DNA of 64,000 nt from Candidatus Poribacteria bacterium (GTDB lineage Bacteria; Poribacteria; WGA-4E; WGA-3G). Location of the stretch: positions 1,472,001 to 1,536,000 of the forward strand of contig CAXXUA010000005.1 in the NCBI GenBank assembly GCA_963663765.2, read 5' to 3'. Below are positions 33,484 to 42,759 of the stretch, in pieces (position 1 is the first letter of the stretch; each line of letters opens with the position of its first letter). The position numbers and the translations under genes were made by a program. Below the pieces are notes generated by a model. The model worked only from the letters and a program-made list of their open reading frames with translations, did not search any database and had not been told where the DNA came from.

Positions 33484-33933
33484 GTAGGCGTGCTTTGTAA
33501 GCGCGCCTACCAACTGCGCTCCCCTGCAGGCGTGCTTTGTAAGCGCACCCCTCAACTGCACTCCCTTGCAGGCGTGCTTTGTAAGCGCACCTACCAACTG
33601 TGCTCCCCTGCAGGCGTGCTTTATAAGCGCGCCCCGCACTCACCCCGCACTCACCCGCAGGCGTGCTTTGTAAGCGCACCCCTCACCCGCACTCCCTTGC
33701 AGGCGTGCTTTGTAAGCGCGCCCCGCACTCACCCGCACTCCCTTGCAGGCGTGCTTTGTAAGCGCGCCTCGCACTCACCCGCACTCACCCGCAGGCGTGC
33801 TTTGTAAGCGCGCCCCTCAACTGCACTCCCTTGCAGGCGTGCTTTGTAAGCGCACCCCGCACTCACCCGCACTCACCCGCAGGCGTGCTTTGTAAGCGCA
33901 CCCCCAACTGTAGGTGTGCTTTGTAAGCGCACC
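33484..33933 (+). repeat. Tandem array of ~11 REP-B hairpins (ggcgtgctttgtaagcgc)
   Basis: Conserved core with short, recurrent C-rich linkers. Confidence 0.9.
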
Positions 33934-34073
33934 ATAGGCGTCAATTTAAGAAAAAAGTGTTAGTGTTTCTCTTGTGGGAGGGGTTTTCAACCCCGATTTG
34001 AGAGGAAAAGCGCGTAAAATCGGGGTTGAAAACCCCTCCCACAAGAGGTCAAAATCCTTAAATTGACGCTTAT
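33934..34073. mobile_element. MITE family H, inner copy
   Basis: ataggcgtcaatttaag...cttaaattgacgcttat; exact 21-bp TSD ggtgtgctttgtaagcgcacc. Confidence 0.8.
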
Positions 34074-34373
34074 GGTGTGCTTTGTAAGCGCACCCCCAAC
34101 TGTAGGCGTGCTTTGTAAGCGCGCCGTTGCCAATCCTGGGTTTATCGGCGCACTTACAAAGCACGTCTACCGAGATGGGGTATTTAGCACTTGACATTTT
34201 CTTAAGTTGACACCTATGGGGTCTCTGTGCCCCACCGCAACTGAATAAATAAGAGATTGCGGGAACAGGACACATAGGTGTTGTCAACATAAGGAAATAT
34301 TGTTAATATCAACCATACTCTTCAGTCCCGTAGGGACGATATGTTTATAGAAAACGAGTTCCCACGCCTATTT

Positions 34374-35531
34374 ATACCGTATTAACGGAATAGTTCTTGT
34401 TTATATTTTTTTGAAAATATGCTATTGTGAACAGATGAAAAAGAAAAAACATGAGGTTCTCCCTCACTTTCCAGTAGAAGTTCTTAGACAAAGGTATCTT
34501 GAATGTAAATGTCATCGGGAACGGACGCATTGGCATATTATTTGGCTTCTTGCTGATACGACACATCCACGCACACCCCGCGAAGTTGCTGAGATTGTAG
34601 GATGCACTCCGGACTGGGTTCGCAAGTTGCTCAAACGCTATAATGCAGAAGGGGAAACAGCTCTACAAGATAAACGCAAAAACAATAAAGGCAAGCGTTT
34701 TTTGGATGAGAAACAGCAAGCAGCACTTGAAGCTGTGCTTTCTGAGCCCCCTGCTGATGGTGGTCTTTGGACAGGTCCGAAGGTAGCTGCGTGGATATCT
34801 GAGACCCTTCAGCGTCCTGTCAGTAATGTGTCAGGTTGGAAATATCTCAAGCGTCTCGGTTGGACTTTACAAACGCCTCGTCCACAACATCAGGCTGCTG
34901 CAACCCCCGAAGCACAGCAAACATTTAAAAAAAAACTTAAGGATCGGGTAGCTACGCTTGAAAGTCAGCACCCGGAGAAACCTGTAGAGATTTGGGCAGA
35001 AGACGAGACGCGCTTAGGCTTATTACCTGTTCATCGGCGTGTCTGGGCGAAGCAAGGTGAAAGACCGGTAGCCCCGGTGTGTCCAGCCTATAAATGGCTC
35101 TATAGTTTCGGTTTTGTCCGTCCGCAGACAGGTGAGACCTATTGGCTTCTGATGCCGAGTGTGAGTGTTGAAATCATGAACCTTGCGCTGGCAGAGTTTG
35201 CTCGTGATGTGAACCCGGAAGGCAAGAAACAGATAATCCTCTTGTTAGATCGTGCGGGTTTTCATACGGGTAAAGGTTTAGAAGTCCCACAAGGGATTGA
35301 GTTATTTTTTTTACCGCCGTATACACCGGAACTTCAACCTGCTGAACGCCTATGGCCTCTGTTGCGGGAGGTGGTTGTGAATAAAGTTTGGACAACACTA
35401 TCAGCACTTGAAGAAGTATTGGTAAAAAGGTGTCAATGGTTTTCCGAAAACAAAAAGAAAGTGCAGGCACACGTCGGTTTTCAGTGGATTTGCAAAATGG
35501 AAAAACAATACGACACGCGTTAATTTGGTAT
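34374..35531 (+). mobile_element. IS630-family element inserted in a family-D repeat
   Basis: Imperfect TIR ataccgtattaacg / cgttaatttggtat; flanks rejoin to a D-repeat junction (...ttagtcccg). Confidence 0.75.
34411..35523 (+). CDS. IS630 family transposase (start probably ATG 34435)
   Basis: HTH plus WAEDETRLG, LLLDRAGFH, LPPYTPELQPAERLW. Confidence 0.95.
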   Translation: MKICYCEQMKKKKHEVLPHFPVEVLRQRYLECKCHRERTHWHIIWLLADTTHPRTPREVAEIVGCTPDWVRKLLKRYNAEGETALQDKRKNNKGKRFLDEKQQAALEAVLSEPPADGGLWTGPKVAAWISETLQRPVSNVSGWKYLKRLGWTLQTPRPQHQAAATPEAQQTFKKKLKDRVATLESQHPEKPVEIWAEDETRLGLLPVHRRVWAKQGERPVAPVCPAYKWLYSFGFVRPQTGETYWLLMPSVSVEIMNLALAEFARDVNPEGKKQIILLLDRAGFHTGKGLEVPQGIELFFLPPYTPELQPAERLWPLLREVVVNKVWTTLSALEEVLVKRCQWFSENKKKVQAHVGFQWICKMEKQYDTR

Positions 35532-35704
35532 TAGTCCCGCCAAATGCCATACGGGGAATGCCTAAATGGCATTCATACCGTTGATTTGGCGCATTTGGCG
35601 TTGATTTGGTAGGGACGATATGTTTATTCTTCTATGTCGTTCCTATGGAACTCAAGAGAGGGTGATAACGTCTTTCTATAAACATTGCGTCCCTACGGGA
35701 CTAA
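35532..35704. repeat. Family-D REPIN (gtcccgtagggacgatatgtttat) with nested C' and C inserts
   Basis: ttagtccc[gccaaatgccatac[C]gcgcatttggcgttgatttg]gtagggacg; inverted copy at 35680-35704. Confidence 0.7.
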
Positions 35705-35748
35705 ATAGAACAAAAGTTTGTACCTCTGTGCAAAAACTTTACACACAC

Positions 35749-36406
35749 TGACATCATCAGTGAACTTGCTACTTATGGTATAATCAAAGAATCTTCTGAT
35801 GGTATGTGTGAGATTCTCAATCCAATTTATCTCTACCGCATCATGAGAACTTTTAAGCCAATTGTAAACGGTTTAGAAGAAAATTACTTATCCGAAGATA
35901 ATAGCGACGGTTTTTCTGATTATCTCACACCTGCTGGACACATTGAGATTGAAGCACTTCTGGATAATTTCCGTGATTTTATTGCACGTGTAGGATTCAG
36001 GATTTTACAAGTACCCGATACACCCCAGGAGTCTGTTGGTAGGTATCTTCTGATTGCTTATCTTGACCAGTCTGTTAAGCTGATTGGCGGGTTTTTGCAC
36101 ATTGAGGTGCAAACCGGCAGAGGTAGAATGGATATCATTATCACTCACTATCAGCGGAAATATATCGTAGAGACAAAGATTTGGAGAGGTGATAACCACC
36201 GTTATCAGTCAGGCAAAAAGCAGCTTGCAGTCTACCTAAAGTCTGAGGGAGTAACGGAGGGATACTATATCGTCTTTGATCATCGGGAGAATCCAGAGCC
36301 GCGGGTTGAAACAGAAACGATTGATGGCTTGATGATACGGAGTTATGTTATTCCTGTGCTGCAGGAGCTGCCATCGGAAAGTCAAGACACTCGCGAAATC
36401 AACTAA
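35749..36406 (+). pseudogene. 5'-truncated duplicate of the AAA/PD-(D/E)XK gene (C-terminal nuclease part only)
   Basis: 35749..36372 is near-identical to 41832..42452 and ends in a different C-terminal tail. Confidence 0.85.
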
Positions 36407-36417
36407 AAAAGAGTGTT

Positions 36418-39192
36418 TTAGTCAATTCCATGCTCCTCGCAATAGTCTTGTATAATTGGTAAAAAATCATCTGCGTATTTTTCAACTTTCCTCAGACTGA
36501 CCCCACGAATCTGCACGAACGCCTCTCTGGTTTTCGGAAAAGAGGTAGCTATTTCTCTTAACATCCCATCAGTGAAAATCCCTTCTTGCTCTGCCTTTTC
36601 TAATATTTTACACTTGTCTTGAAGTTGCTCAAAAAGTTCCTGAGAATATCCACTTTGTCTTTCGGAGATAGTCTCAGAAGTATTCAATGTTTCAGGTCCC
36701 TCCGCTGTTGAGTCAATCCCAGGTTCTTGACAATACGCACGAATAATCGGTAAAAAATCATTGACGTATCTTTCTGTTTTTGACGGTCCCACACCATACA
36801 TCAATTGAAATGTTTCTTTAGTAGTCGGAAAATAGGTTGCCATTGCTTGTAGTGCCTTATCATGAAAAATCACAAAATGTTGCACTCCTTCTGCAATTGC
36901 TAATCTGTTGCGTTCCACACGAAGCAATTCAAAAAGTTCAGGAGAATAATCAAGCGGGAATTCGGATATTTCACTATCTACTGCATCAACAGAAAATCCT
37001 AAAAACTGCACTTCGTTTCTGAGGATACGCCATCCAGCATTTGTCAAACTGAGACCACCGTGTTGCGAATCTCGTGTTAACAGTTCATGTTGGATAAAAT
37101 GGTAAGATAAATATCGCCACTGTGACTTGCTGTAATCCTCTCCAATTCCATGTGTAGAAAGATGGTCATGTTCATTTTCAAGAATCTGTCTCTTCTGTGA
37201 ACCCCGCAAAACATCAATGATATATGCTTCCCCGAATCTCTGTCCAGTCCGGACAACACAAGAGAGAAATTTTTGTGCGGGTATTGTCAAATCAACCCGT
37301 TCCACATCTAACCTACGGCAGTTGTCACATTTCCCACAATTCTGTATGTCGTATTCCTCTCCGAAGTAAGCAAGTAACAATTTCCGTCTGCATTCTATTG
37401 AAGTTGCCCAAGCAACCAATGTATGCAAACGTTCTTGTCGCCCTTGTCTTTCTGAATGTGCCCCTTGTTCAATGAAATAGTTGTTGGTGTCTACATCGCC
37501 ATAACTTAATAGCAGCAGACATTCCGCCGGAAGTCCATCTCGACCACTGCGACCAATCTCCTGATAATAAGATTCAGGTTCCTTCGGTAAACCAACATGT
37601 AACACAAAGCGAACATTTGCTTTATCAATCCCCATACCAAAAGCAAGTGTGCCAACTATCACTCGGACTTCACCGTTGATAAAAGCATGTTGATTTTGCC
37701 GTCGTGTTGTATCATCAAGTTTTGCATGATAGGGCAGAACAGACATCCTGCGTGCGGTTAAATTACGACACAATGATGTAACTTGTTTTATCGTTTGACA
37801 ATATATGATACCGGATTCACCATCGTGTTTTTTAAGAAACGCGAGTGTTTGTGGAAGCGATTCAACCTTAGGTTCAACTGCTAAAAATAGGTTTGATCTG
37901 TCAAAACTGGCAATGAAATCATATTCATCAGGAATTTCCAACAACCGCTTGATGTCATTTTGTACTCGCGGAGTAGCTGTGGCTGTTAACGCAACACAAA
38001 CAGAATTAGCAAATCGTTCACGAATAGAAACTAATTCTCGATAATCGGGACGAAAATCGTGACCCCACTGTGAAATACAGTGAGCCTCATCAATCGCAAG
38101 ACATTCGACATTTGATTCATCAAGCATTACAAGTATTTCAGGGCGGACAAGCGTTTCAGGGGCAACGTAGAGTAACTTGATTTCTCCCTGTCTGACCGCT
38201 TGCATTGTTCCTACATATTGTGAATGATTAAGGGTACTGTTGAGAAAAGCGGCAGGAATACCTCGATCTTGTAACTGCATTACCTGGTCCTCCATGAGTG
38301 AAATCAGAGGGGAAACAACGATGGTTAAACCTTCAAAAATGAGTGCTGGCAATTGGTAGCAGAGCGACTTTCCACCACCGGTTGGCAAAACAATAAGTGC
38401 ATCTTGTCGTCTTAGGATGTGCTCAATTATTTCCTCCTGCAATGGGCGAAACTGTCCATGTCCGAAAACGTTTATGAGAATCTCTGAGGGTGTTTGCGTT
38501 GAGGTGGGTTGAGATCTTAGCTCGTCTTCTCTGGGTCGTTCCGTTTCTGCCTGTTCTACCTCTTGAAAAAACCAGCCAGAAATCTGGGCGTAACACCGTT
38601 CTTCAACTTCAGGGTTATCGTCCGGTCTCCACCGATGTGCTAATGAAACGCGTAGGACCATGCCTGCGGGAATTGTCTCAAGTGGCTCTTGGAATCCTAC
38701 GTAAGTAAGTGTGCAACCACCATTTTCAGTAGGATAACGGTATCGTATCCGTCTATCCTCTGTATCGCGGATAAGTGGTTTGTCTGTTCGCCAAAATGTA
38801 GTACTGTAAGGGGGCACATCACCTCCTGCAGATACGTAAAGGGCTCCACTGCTTGTGCTATTCAATAAACCTTCATAGAGCACTCGCGGATTTCCAGTTT
38901 TCGGTGGCAATAAGAGTTCAATCGCCCCCACTAGATAATTCGTGTTTGTTATTGCTTGTATATGATGTTTTTCACGAACAACAATGTCTTCTACATGTGG
39001 CGGAATCAATGAAGTTTCTGGTATAGGTTCAGCTGTTATCTCCCAAATATCGCCAACTTCATATTCTCTATTTGCACCGTCCTGTGGATTAGCGTTAAGT
39101 GGAATAAGGCGAACGCTTTCCCCTTTTTCTGTAATCGCACCGATACAAGCACCTTTACCCATTCGCGTCTTGGCAACAATTAAAACTCTCAC
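36418..39192 (-). CDS. recQ: RecQ-family helicase fused to an N-terminal dual-OB-like domain, with RQC and two HRDC domains
   Basis: LPTGGGKSLCYQ, IDEAHCISQWGHDFRP, YYQEIGRSGRDG, CGKCDNC; extra ~210-aa N-terminus (IVAKTRM..ACIGA...RL). Confidence 0.88.
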   Translation of the reverse strand: MRVLIVAKTRMGKGACIGAITEKGESVRLIPLNANPQDGANREYEVGDIWEITAEPIPETSLIPPHVEDIVVREKHHIQAITNTNYLVGAIELLLPPKTGNPRVLYEGLLNSTSSGALYVSAGGDVPPYSTTFWRTDKPLIRDTEDRRIRYRYPTENGGCTLTYVGFQEPLETIPAGMVLRVSLAHRWRPDDNPEVEERCYAQISGWFFQEVEQAETERPREDELRSQPTSTQTPSEILINVFGHGQFRPLQEEIIEHILRRQDALIVLPTGGGKSLCYQLPALIFEGLTIVVSPLISLMEDQVMQLQDRGIPAAFLNSTLNHSQYVGTMQAVRQGEIKLLYVAPETLVRPEILVMLDESNVECLAIDEAHCISQWGHDFRPDYRELVSIRERFANSVCVALTATATPRVQNDIKRLLEIPDEYDFIASFDRSNLFLAVEPKVESLPQTLAFLKKHDGESGIIYCQTIKQVTSLCRNLTARRMSVLPYHAKLDDTTRRQNQHAFINGEVRVIVGTLAFGMGIDKANVRFVLHVGLPKEPESYYQEIGRSGRDGLPAECLLLLSYGDVDTNNYFIEQGAHSERQGRQERLHTLVAWATSIECRRKLLLAYFGEEYDIQNCGKCDNCRRLDVERVDLTIPAQKFLSCVVRTGQRFGEAYIIDVLRGSQKRQILENEHDHLSTHGIGEDYSKSQWRYLSYHFIQHELLTRDSQHGGLSLTNAGWRILRNEVQFLGFSVDAVDSEISEFPLDYSPELFELLRVERNRLAIAEGVQHFVIFHDKALQAMATYFPTTKETFQLMYGVGPSKTERYVNDFLPIIRAYCQEPGIDSTAEGPETLNTSETISERQSGYSQELFEQLQDKCKILEKAEQEGIFTDGMLREIATSFPKTREAFVQIRGVSLRKVEKYADDFLPIIQDYCEEHGID

Positions 39193-39677
39193 GGTAAAAT
39201 ATCTTCAACCTCCAAATTGAATGTTTTCGCTAATTTATTCGCTACTAATGAGCGATGACATGCTTCTGGTGTAGTTTCCACACAAAAGAGGGCTACAACT
39301 CTTGCATCCGATTCTAATTCGTTAAGCAAACTTTGTGGGTCAAACGCATCAAGGCATTCGGTGTGATAAGCCTCAATAAACGCCTCTCCAAGTTCAGTCC
39401 GTTTGCGTTTAGCGGTCTTCGTTGCTTTATCAGCCGCAGCTTGTTTCTCCCGTACTACTTTCGTTGGACCGAGGTCTTTACGATAGATATATCGGATACC
39501 AAGCTCTGCAAGGCGCGCTTGCAAGCGCTTACTATTAGCAAATGCATAAGTTGCGCCACGTACACCCCGTCGATTACGAATATCACAGAAAGTATCAACG
39601 TCTGCTTTGCACAAAGCGTTAAAAAAACTGGTTTCGTCAAATCCGTATACACCTATAGTTACAATTTTAATTTCCAT
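39189..39677 (-). CDS. DUF488-family protein (b)
   Basis: TIGVYG, CDIR, LFCVE..PEACHR; ATG 39677 lies 1 nt after the upstream stop; overlaps the recQ start. Confidence 0.82.
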   Translation of the reverse strand: MEIKIVTIGVYGFDETSFFNALCKADVDTFCDIRNRRGVRGATYAFANSKRLQARLAELGIRYIYRKDLGPTKVVREKQAAADKATKTAKRKRTELGEAFIEAYHTECLDAFDPQSLLNELESDARVVALFCVETTPEACHRSLVANKLAKTFNLEVEDILP

Positions 39678-39678
39678 A

Positions 39679-40236
39679 TTAATCAGAGTATTTCTTCCGC
39701 GAGTGGAACGTCTCCTCTCCAAAAAGATTTAGCTGTCCACCTGTGATGCGATCAATTACCTGTTCTTGCGTGATTTGTTCGCTGTTTTCGTCGATGTGAA
39801 TCACAGGTAAGTTCTGATGCGTGAGGGTAGTACTAATGAGTTTAGTTCGGTGGCAATGCTCAGGTTTCCCTTCAGCACACATCAGTGCAATGCGCTGTTG
39901 TTGTGAAAAAGCAGTGTGCAGACGTTCAATACCCCGCTGATAGAATTCAGCATTTTTGACCTTTTCGTAGTCAACCATTCCGTTGACATAACACGACTCA
40001 TCGTCAGGTTTCCCACCCAGAAGATCTCCCATAAAGACATATCGGATACCATGTTTTTCCACTTCATTTGCAAGCTGCTTTTTGGAGAATTCCGGCTTAT
40101 AACTTGAGTGCGGAACTGAACGGACATCTATGAGATATACGATCTCGTATTGTTGTAACACTTCAATAAACTCCGCTATTGAACGGCTTCCATACCCTAT
40201 CGTCCAGATTGGAATGATGTCTGTTTTGTTTTTCAT
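39679..40236 (-). CDS. DUF488-family protein (a)
   Basis: WTIGYG, LIDVRS.P.S, LGGKP, LMCAE..PEHCHR. Confidence 0.87.
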   Translation of the reverse strand: MKNKTDIIPIWTIGYGSRSIAEFIEVLQQYEIVYLIDVRSVPHSSYKPEFSKKQLANEVEKHGIRYVFMGDLLGGKPDDESCYVNGMVDYEKVKNAEFYQRGIERLHTAFSQQQRIALMCAEGKPEHCHRTKLISTTLTHQNLPVIHIDENSEQITQEQVIDRITGGQLNLFGEETFHSRKKYSD

Positions 40237-40296
40237 GATAGGTAGATAATAGCACAAAGATGTATAAGAATCAACCTATTTGTATTGCTGATGCAT

Positions 40297-40414
40297 CAGG
40301 GGTATTCAGTTTTCTAATTTTTGGATATTTCCAGAAAGAAACCCCGCGGTAGGAGCGACCTCCCGGTCGCGATTTTCTCAGGAAATAGCTAAAATGACTA
40401 AAACTAAAAAACTG
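40297..40414 (+). mobile_element. MITE family E (degenerate)
   Basis: Same internal REP as the 7237 and 22894 copies; near-TSD ctgatgcat/ctgatacac. Confidence 0.75.
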
Positions 40415-40422
40415 CTGATACA

Positions 40423-40763
40423 CAGGATTATTTAGTTTTCAATATTTTTGATAATATTTTGCTATAACGTTAAATTTATGTGTTGCCATCTTGTCCATGT
40501 CTTTAGTCCCGTAGGGACGATATGTTTATAGAAAAATGTTATCTACCCCTCTTGAGTTCCGTAGGAACGGCATAGAAGAATAAACATATCGTCCCTACCA
40601 AATCAACGCCAAATGCGCGTATGGCATTTGGCGGGACTAAAGACCGATATTCAGGTTTCAATAATCTAAAATTGATGGATAAGGTCCAGTTAGGAAACCG
40701 CATTTGGGTATTAACTTTCAGTAAATCGCAATAACAGAAAACTTTTAAAACTGAATAACCCTG
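40423..40763 (-). mobile_element. MITE family F carrying D-type REPs
   Basis: caggattatttagtttt...aaaactgaataaccctg; inverted homolog of 50489..50900. Confidence 0.75.
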
Positions 40764-40780
40764 GTAGTAAAATCGCTTTC

Positions 40781-40809
40781 TTGACATTGTTATTAAGGTG
40801 TGATACGAT
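40781..40809 (+). promoter_or_regulatory. Putative sigma70 promoter of the AAA gene
   Basis: TTGACA-17 nt-TACGAT. Confidence 0.5.
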
Positions 40810-40824
40810 GCTGTATATGATGTT

Positions 40825-42471
40825 TTGTACATGGAGAGAAAAATGAGGTGTTTTTGGACTCAAGGTCCTGTCAATTCTCAAGAGCATTATGTTGTTTCGC
40901 GCACCGAAGAAATTGCAGACTATATCAACCGTGTGGAACAAGGCAAGTATGTTGTCCTTTTCGCACCACGGCAAACAGGTAAAACCACCTTCTTTAAAGT
41001 TGTCTTAGATAAACTTACTGCAGTTCAATCTGAATCTACTAAGCTCTTAAATTACTTTCCAATTCAACTAAATTTTGATATTTATAAAAACCTTGACCAA
41101 ACGACATTTTATAACCATTTGTACGAACAGATCAGTGAAGAAATAGAAATAGTTTTTCAAAAACGTGGTGTTGTTCCATCAGCGGATTTAGTTCAATTCT
41201 TGGATAACACAGCCTTATCAGATCATCTCTCAATGTTGTCGTTTTTTAAACGGTTCGAGAGTTTTCTAAACTCTGAATTCAATGGACAACAGTTTGTCAT
41301 TATCATTGACGAATTTGATGGTATCCCGCAAGTCGCAGTAAACGATTTCCTGCACACGCTCCGCCATATTTACATTGCAGGTAAACCACGGTGTCCACAC
41401 AGTGTTGGTATTGTTGGGGTTAAGAGCATTGCGCAACTCAACTATGACCGCTCAATTTCACCCTTCAATATCCAAGATGAGTTCCATCTACCCAACTTTA
41501 CACTTGGACAAGTACAGCAACTGCTTGCACAATATACGGATGAAGTTGGACAACCTTTTGAACCTGAGGTTATAACGTCAATTCATAAGCAGACTGCAGG
41601 ACAACCTATGCTTGTCAACAGATTGGCTCAGATTCTCACTGAAGAACTGGACATACCGAAAACTGAACCAATTACATTAGCACATTTTTCAAAAGCACAC
41701 GCACAACTCCTCCATGAAAAGAACACAAATATTGAGCATTTAACAACCAATATCCGAAGAGACGCACGCTTTGAAAGTATTCTGATGCGAATTATGGAAC
41801 GCGATGAAGGCGTTGAATTCAATTTGGACTATGACATCATCAGTGAACTTGCTACTTATGGTATAATCAAAGAATCTTCTGATGGTATGTGTGAAATTCT
41901 CAATCCAATTTATCTCTACCGCATCATGAGAACTTTTAAGCCAATTGTAAACGGTTTAGAAGAAGATTACTTATCCGAAGATAATAGCGACGGTTTTTCT
42001 GATTATCTCACTCCTGCTGGACACATTGAGATTGAAGCACTTCTTGATAATTTCCGAGATTTTATTGCACGTGTAGGATTCAGGATTTTACAAGTCCCCG
42101 ATACACCCCAAGAGTCGGTTGGTAGGCATCTTCTGATTGCTTATCTTGACCAGTTTGTTAAGCTGATTGGCGGGTTTTTGCACATTGAGGTGCAAACCGG
42201 CAGAGGTAGAATGGATATCATTATCACTCACAATCAGCGGAAATATATCGTAGAGACAAAGATTTGGAGAGGTGATAACCGTTATCAGTCAGGTAAAAAG
42301 CAGCTTGCAGTCTACCTAAAGTCTGAGGGAGTAACTGAGGGATACTATATCGTCTTTGATCATCGGGAGATTCCAGAGCCTCGGGAAGAGACTGAAACAA
42401 TAGACGGCTTGATGATTCGGAGTTATGTTATTCCTGTACTGCAGGAGCTGCCTTCAGGGGTTCTAAAGTAA
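40825..42471 (+). CDS. AAA-like ATPase with C-terminal PD-(D/E)XK nuclease domain
   Basis: Walker A APRQTGKT; Walker B IIIDEFD; GRMDII...VETK. Confidence 0.85.
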   Translation: MYMERKMRCFWTQGPVNSQEHYVVSRTEEIADYINRVEQGKYVVLFAPRQTGKTTFFKVVLDKLTAVQSESTKLLNYFPIQLNFDIYKNLDQTTFYNHLYEQISEEIEIVFQKRGVVPSADLVQFLDNTALSDHLSMLSFFKRFESFLNSEFNGQQFVIIIDEFDGIPQVAVNDFLHTLRHIYIAGKPRCPHSVGIVGVKSIAQLNYDRSISPFNIQDEFHLPNFTLGQVQQLLAQYTDEVGQPFEPEVITSIHKQTAGQPMLVNRLAQILTEELDIPKTEPITLAHFSKAHAQLLHEKNTNIEHLTTNIRRDARFESILMRIMERDEGVEFNLDYDIISELATYGIIKESSDGMCEILNPIYLYRIMRTFKPIVNGLEEDYLSEDNSDGFSDYLTPAGHIEIEALLDNFRDFIARVGFRILQVPDTPQESVGRHLLIAYLDQFVKLIGGFLHIEVQTGRGRMDIIITHNQRKYIVETKIWRGDNRYQSGKKQLAVYLKSEGVTEGYYIVFDHREIPEPREETETIDGLMIRSYVIPVLQELPSGVLK

Positions 42472-42759
42472 AATTGAGCACACTGTGAAGCCGAATAAGT
42501 AGCGTGTTTCAATCGTTCCTATATACTCAATTGTATCCCCCTTTGACCACGTAGACCTATCTTACCAAGCAACATACTGATATTATGAACCCTCTTTCCT
42601 AAGTCTGTAGTAGATGCAGTTACTGGGGCAGCAAAAGAGAGGGTTGAGCAGATTCTGTTTATAGAGTTGTACGAACAAGAATCTTCTTGATAATTGGTAG
42701 AGATTGGGTTATCATAATTTAAACGCTTCACTTCCGAAACAAATTCTTAGGTTTTAAAA

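Larger units (their letters stand above)
33414..34217. mobile_element. MITE family H (TIR ATAGGTGTCAACTTA), outer copy containing a REP tandem array and a nested H copy
   Basis: ataggtgtcaactta...cttaagttgacacctat; flanked by 21-bp direct repeat ggggtctctgtgcccc(g/a)ccgc. Confidence 0.75.

Noticed and set aside
33479-34290. ORFs 33479..33679, 33490..33807 and 33946..34290
   Set aside because: Translations of REP/MITE repeats (AYKARL, ALTKHA), not plausible genes
42472-42759. Possible small gene or ncRNA upstream of the pAgo operon
   Set aside because: The plus-strand frame has several stops and may be a decayed gene; no recognisable motif or structure to support a call
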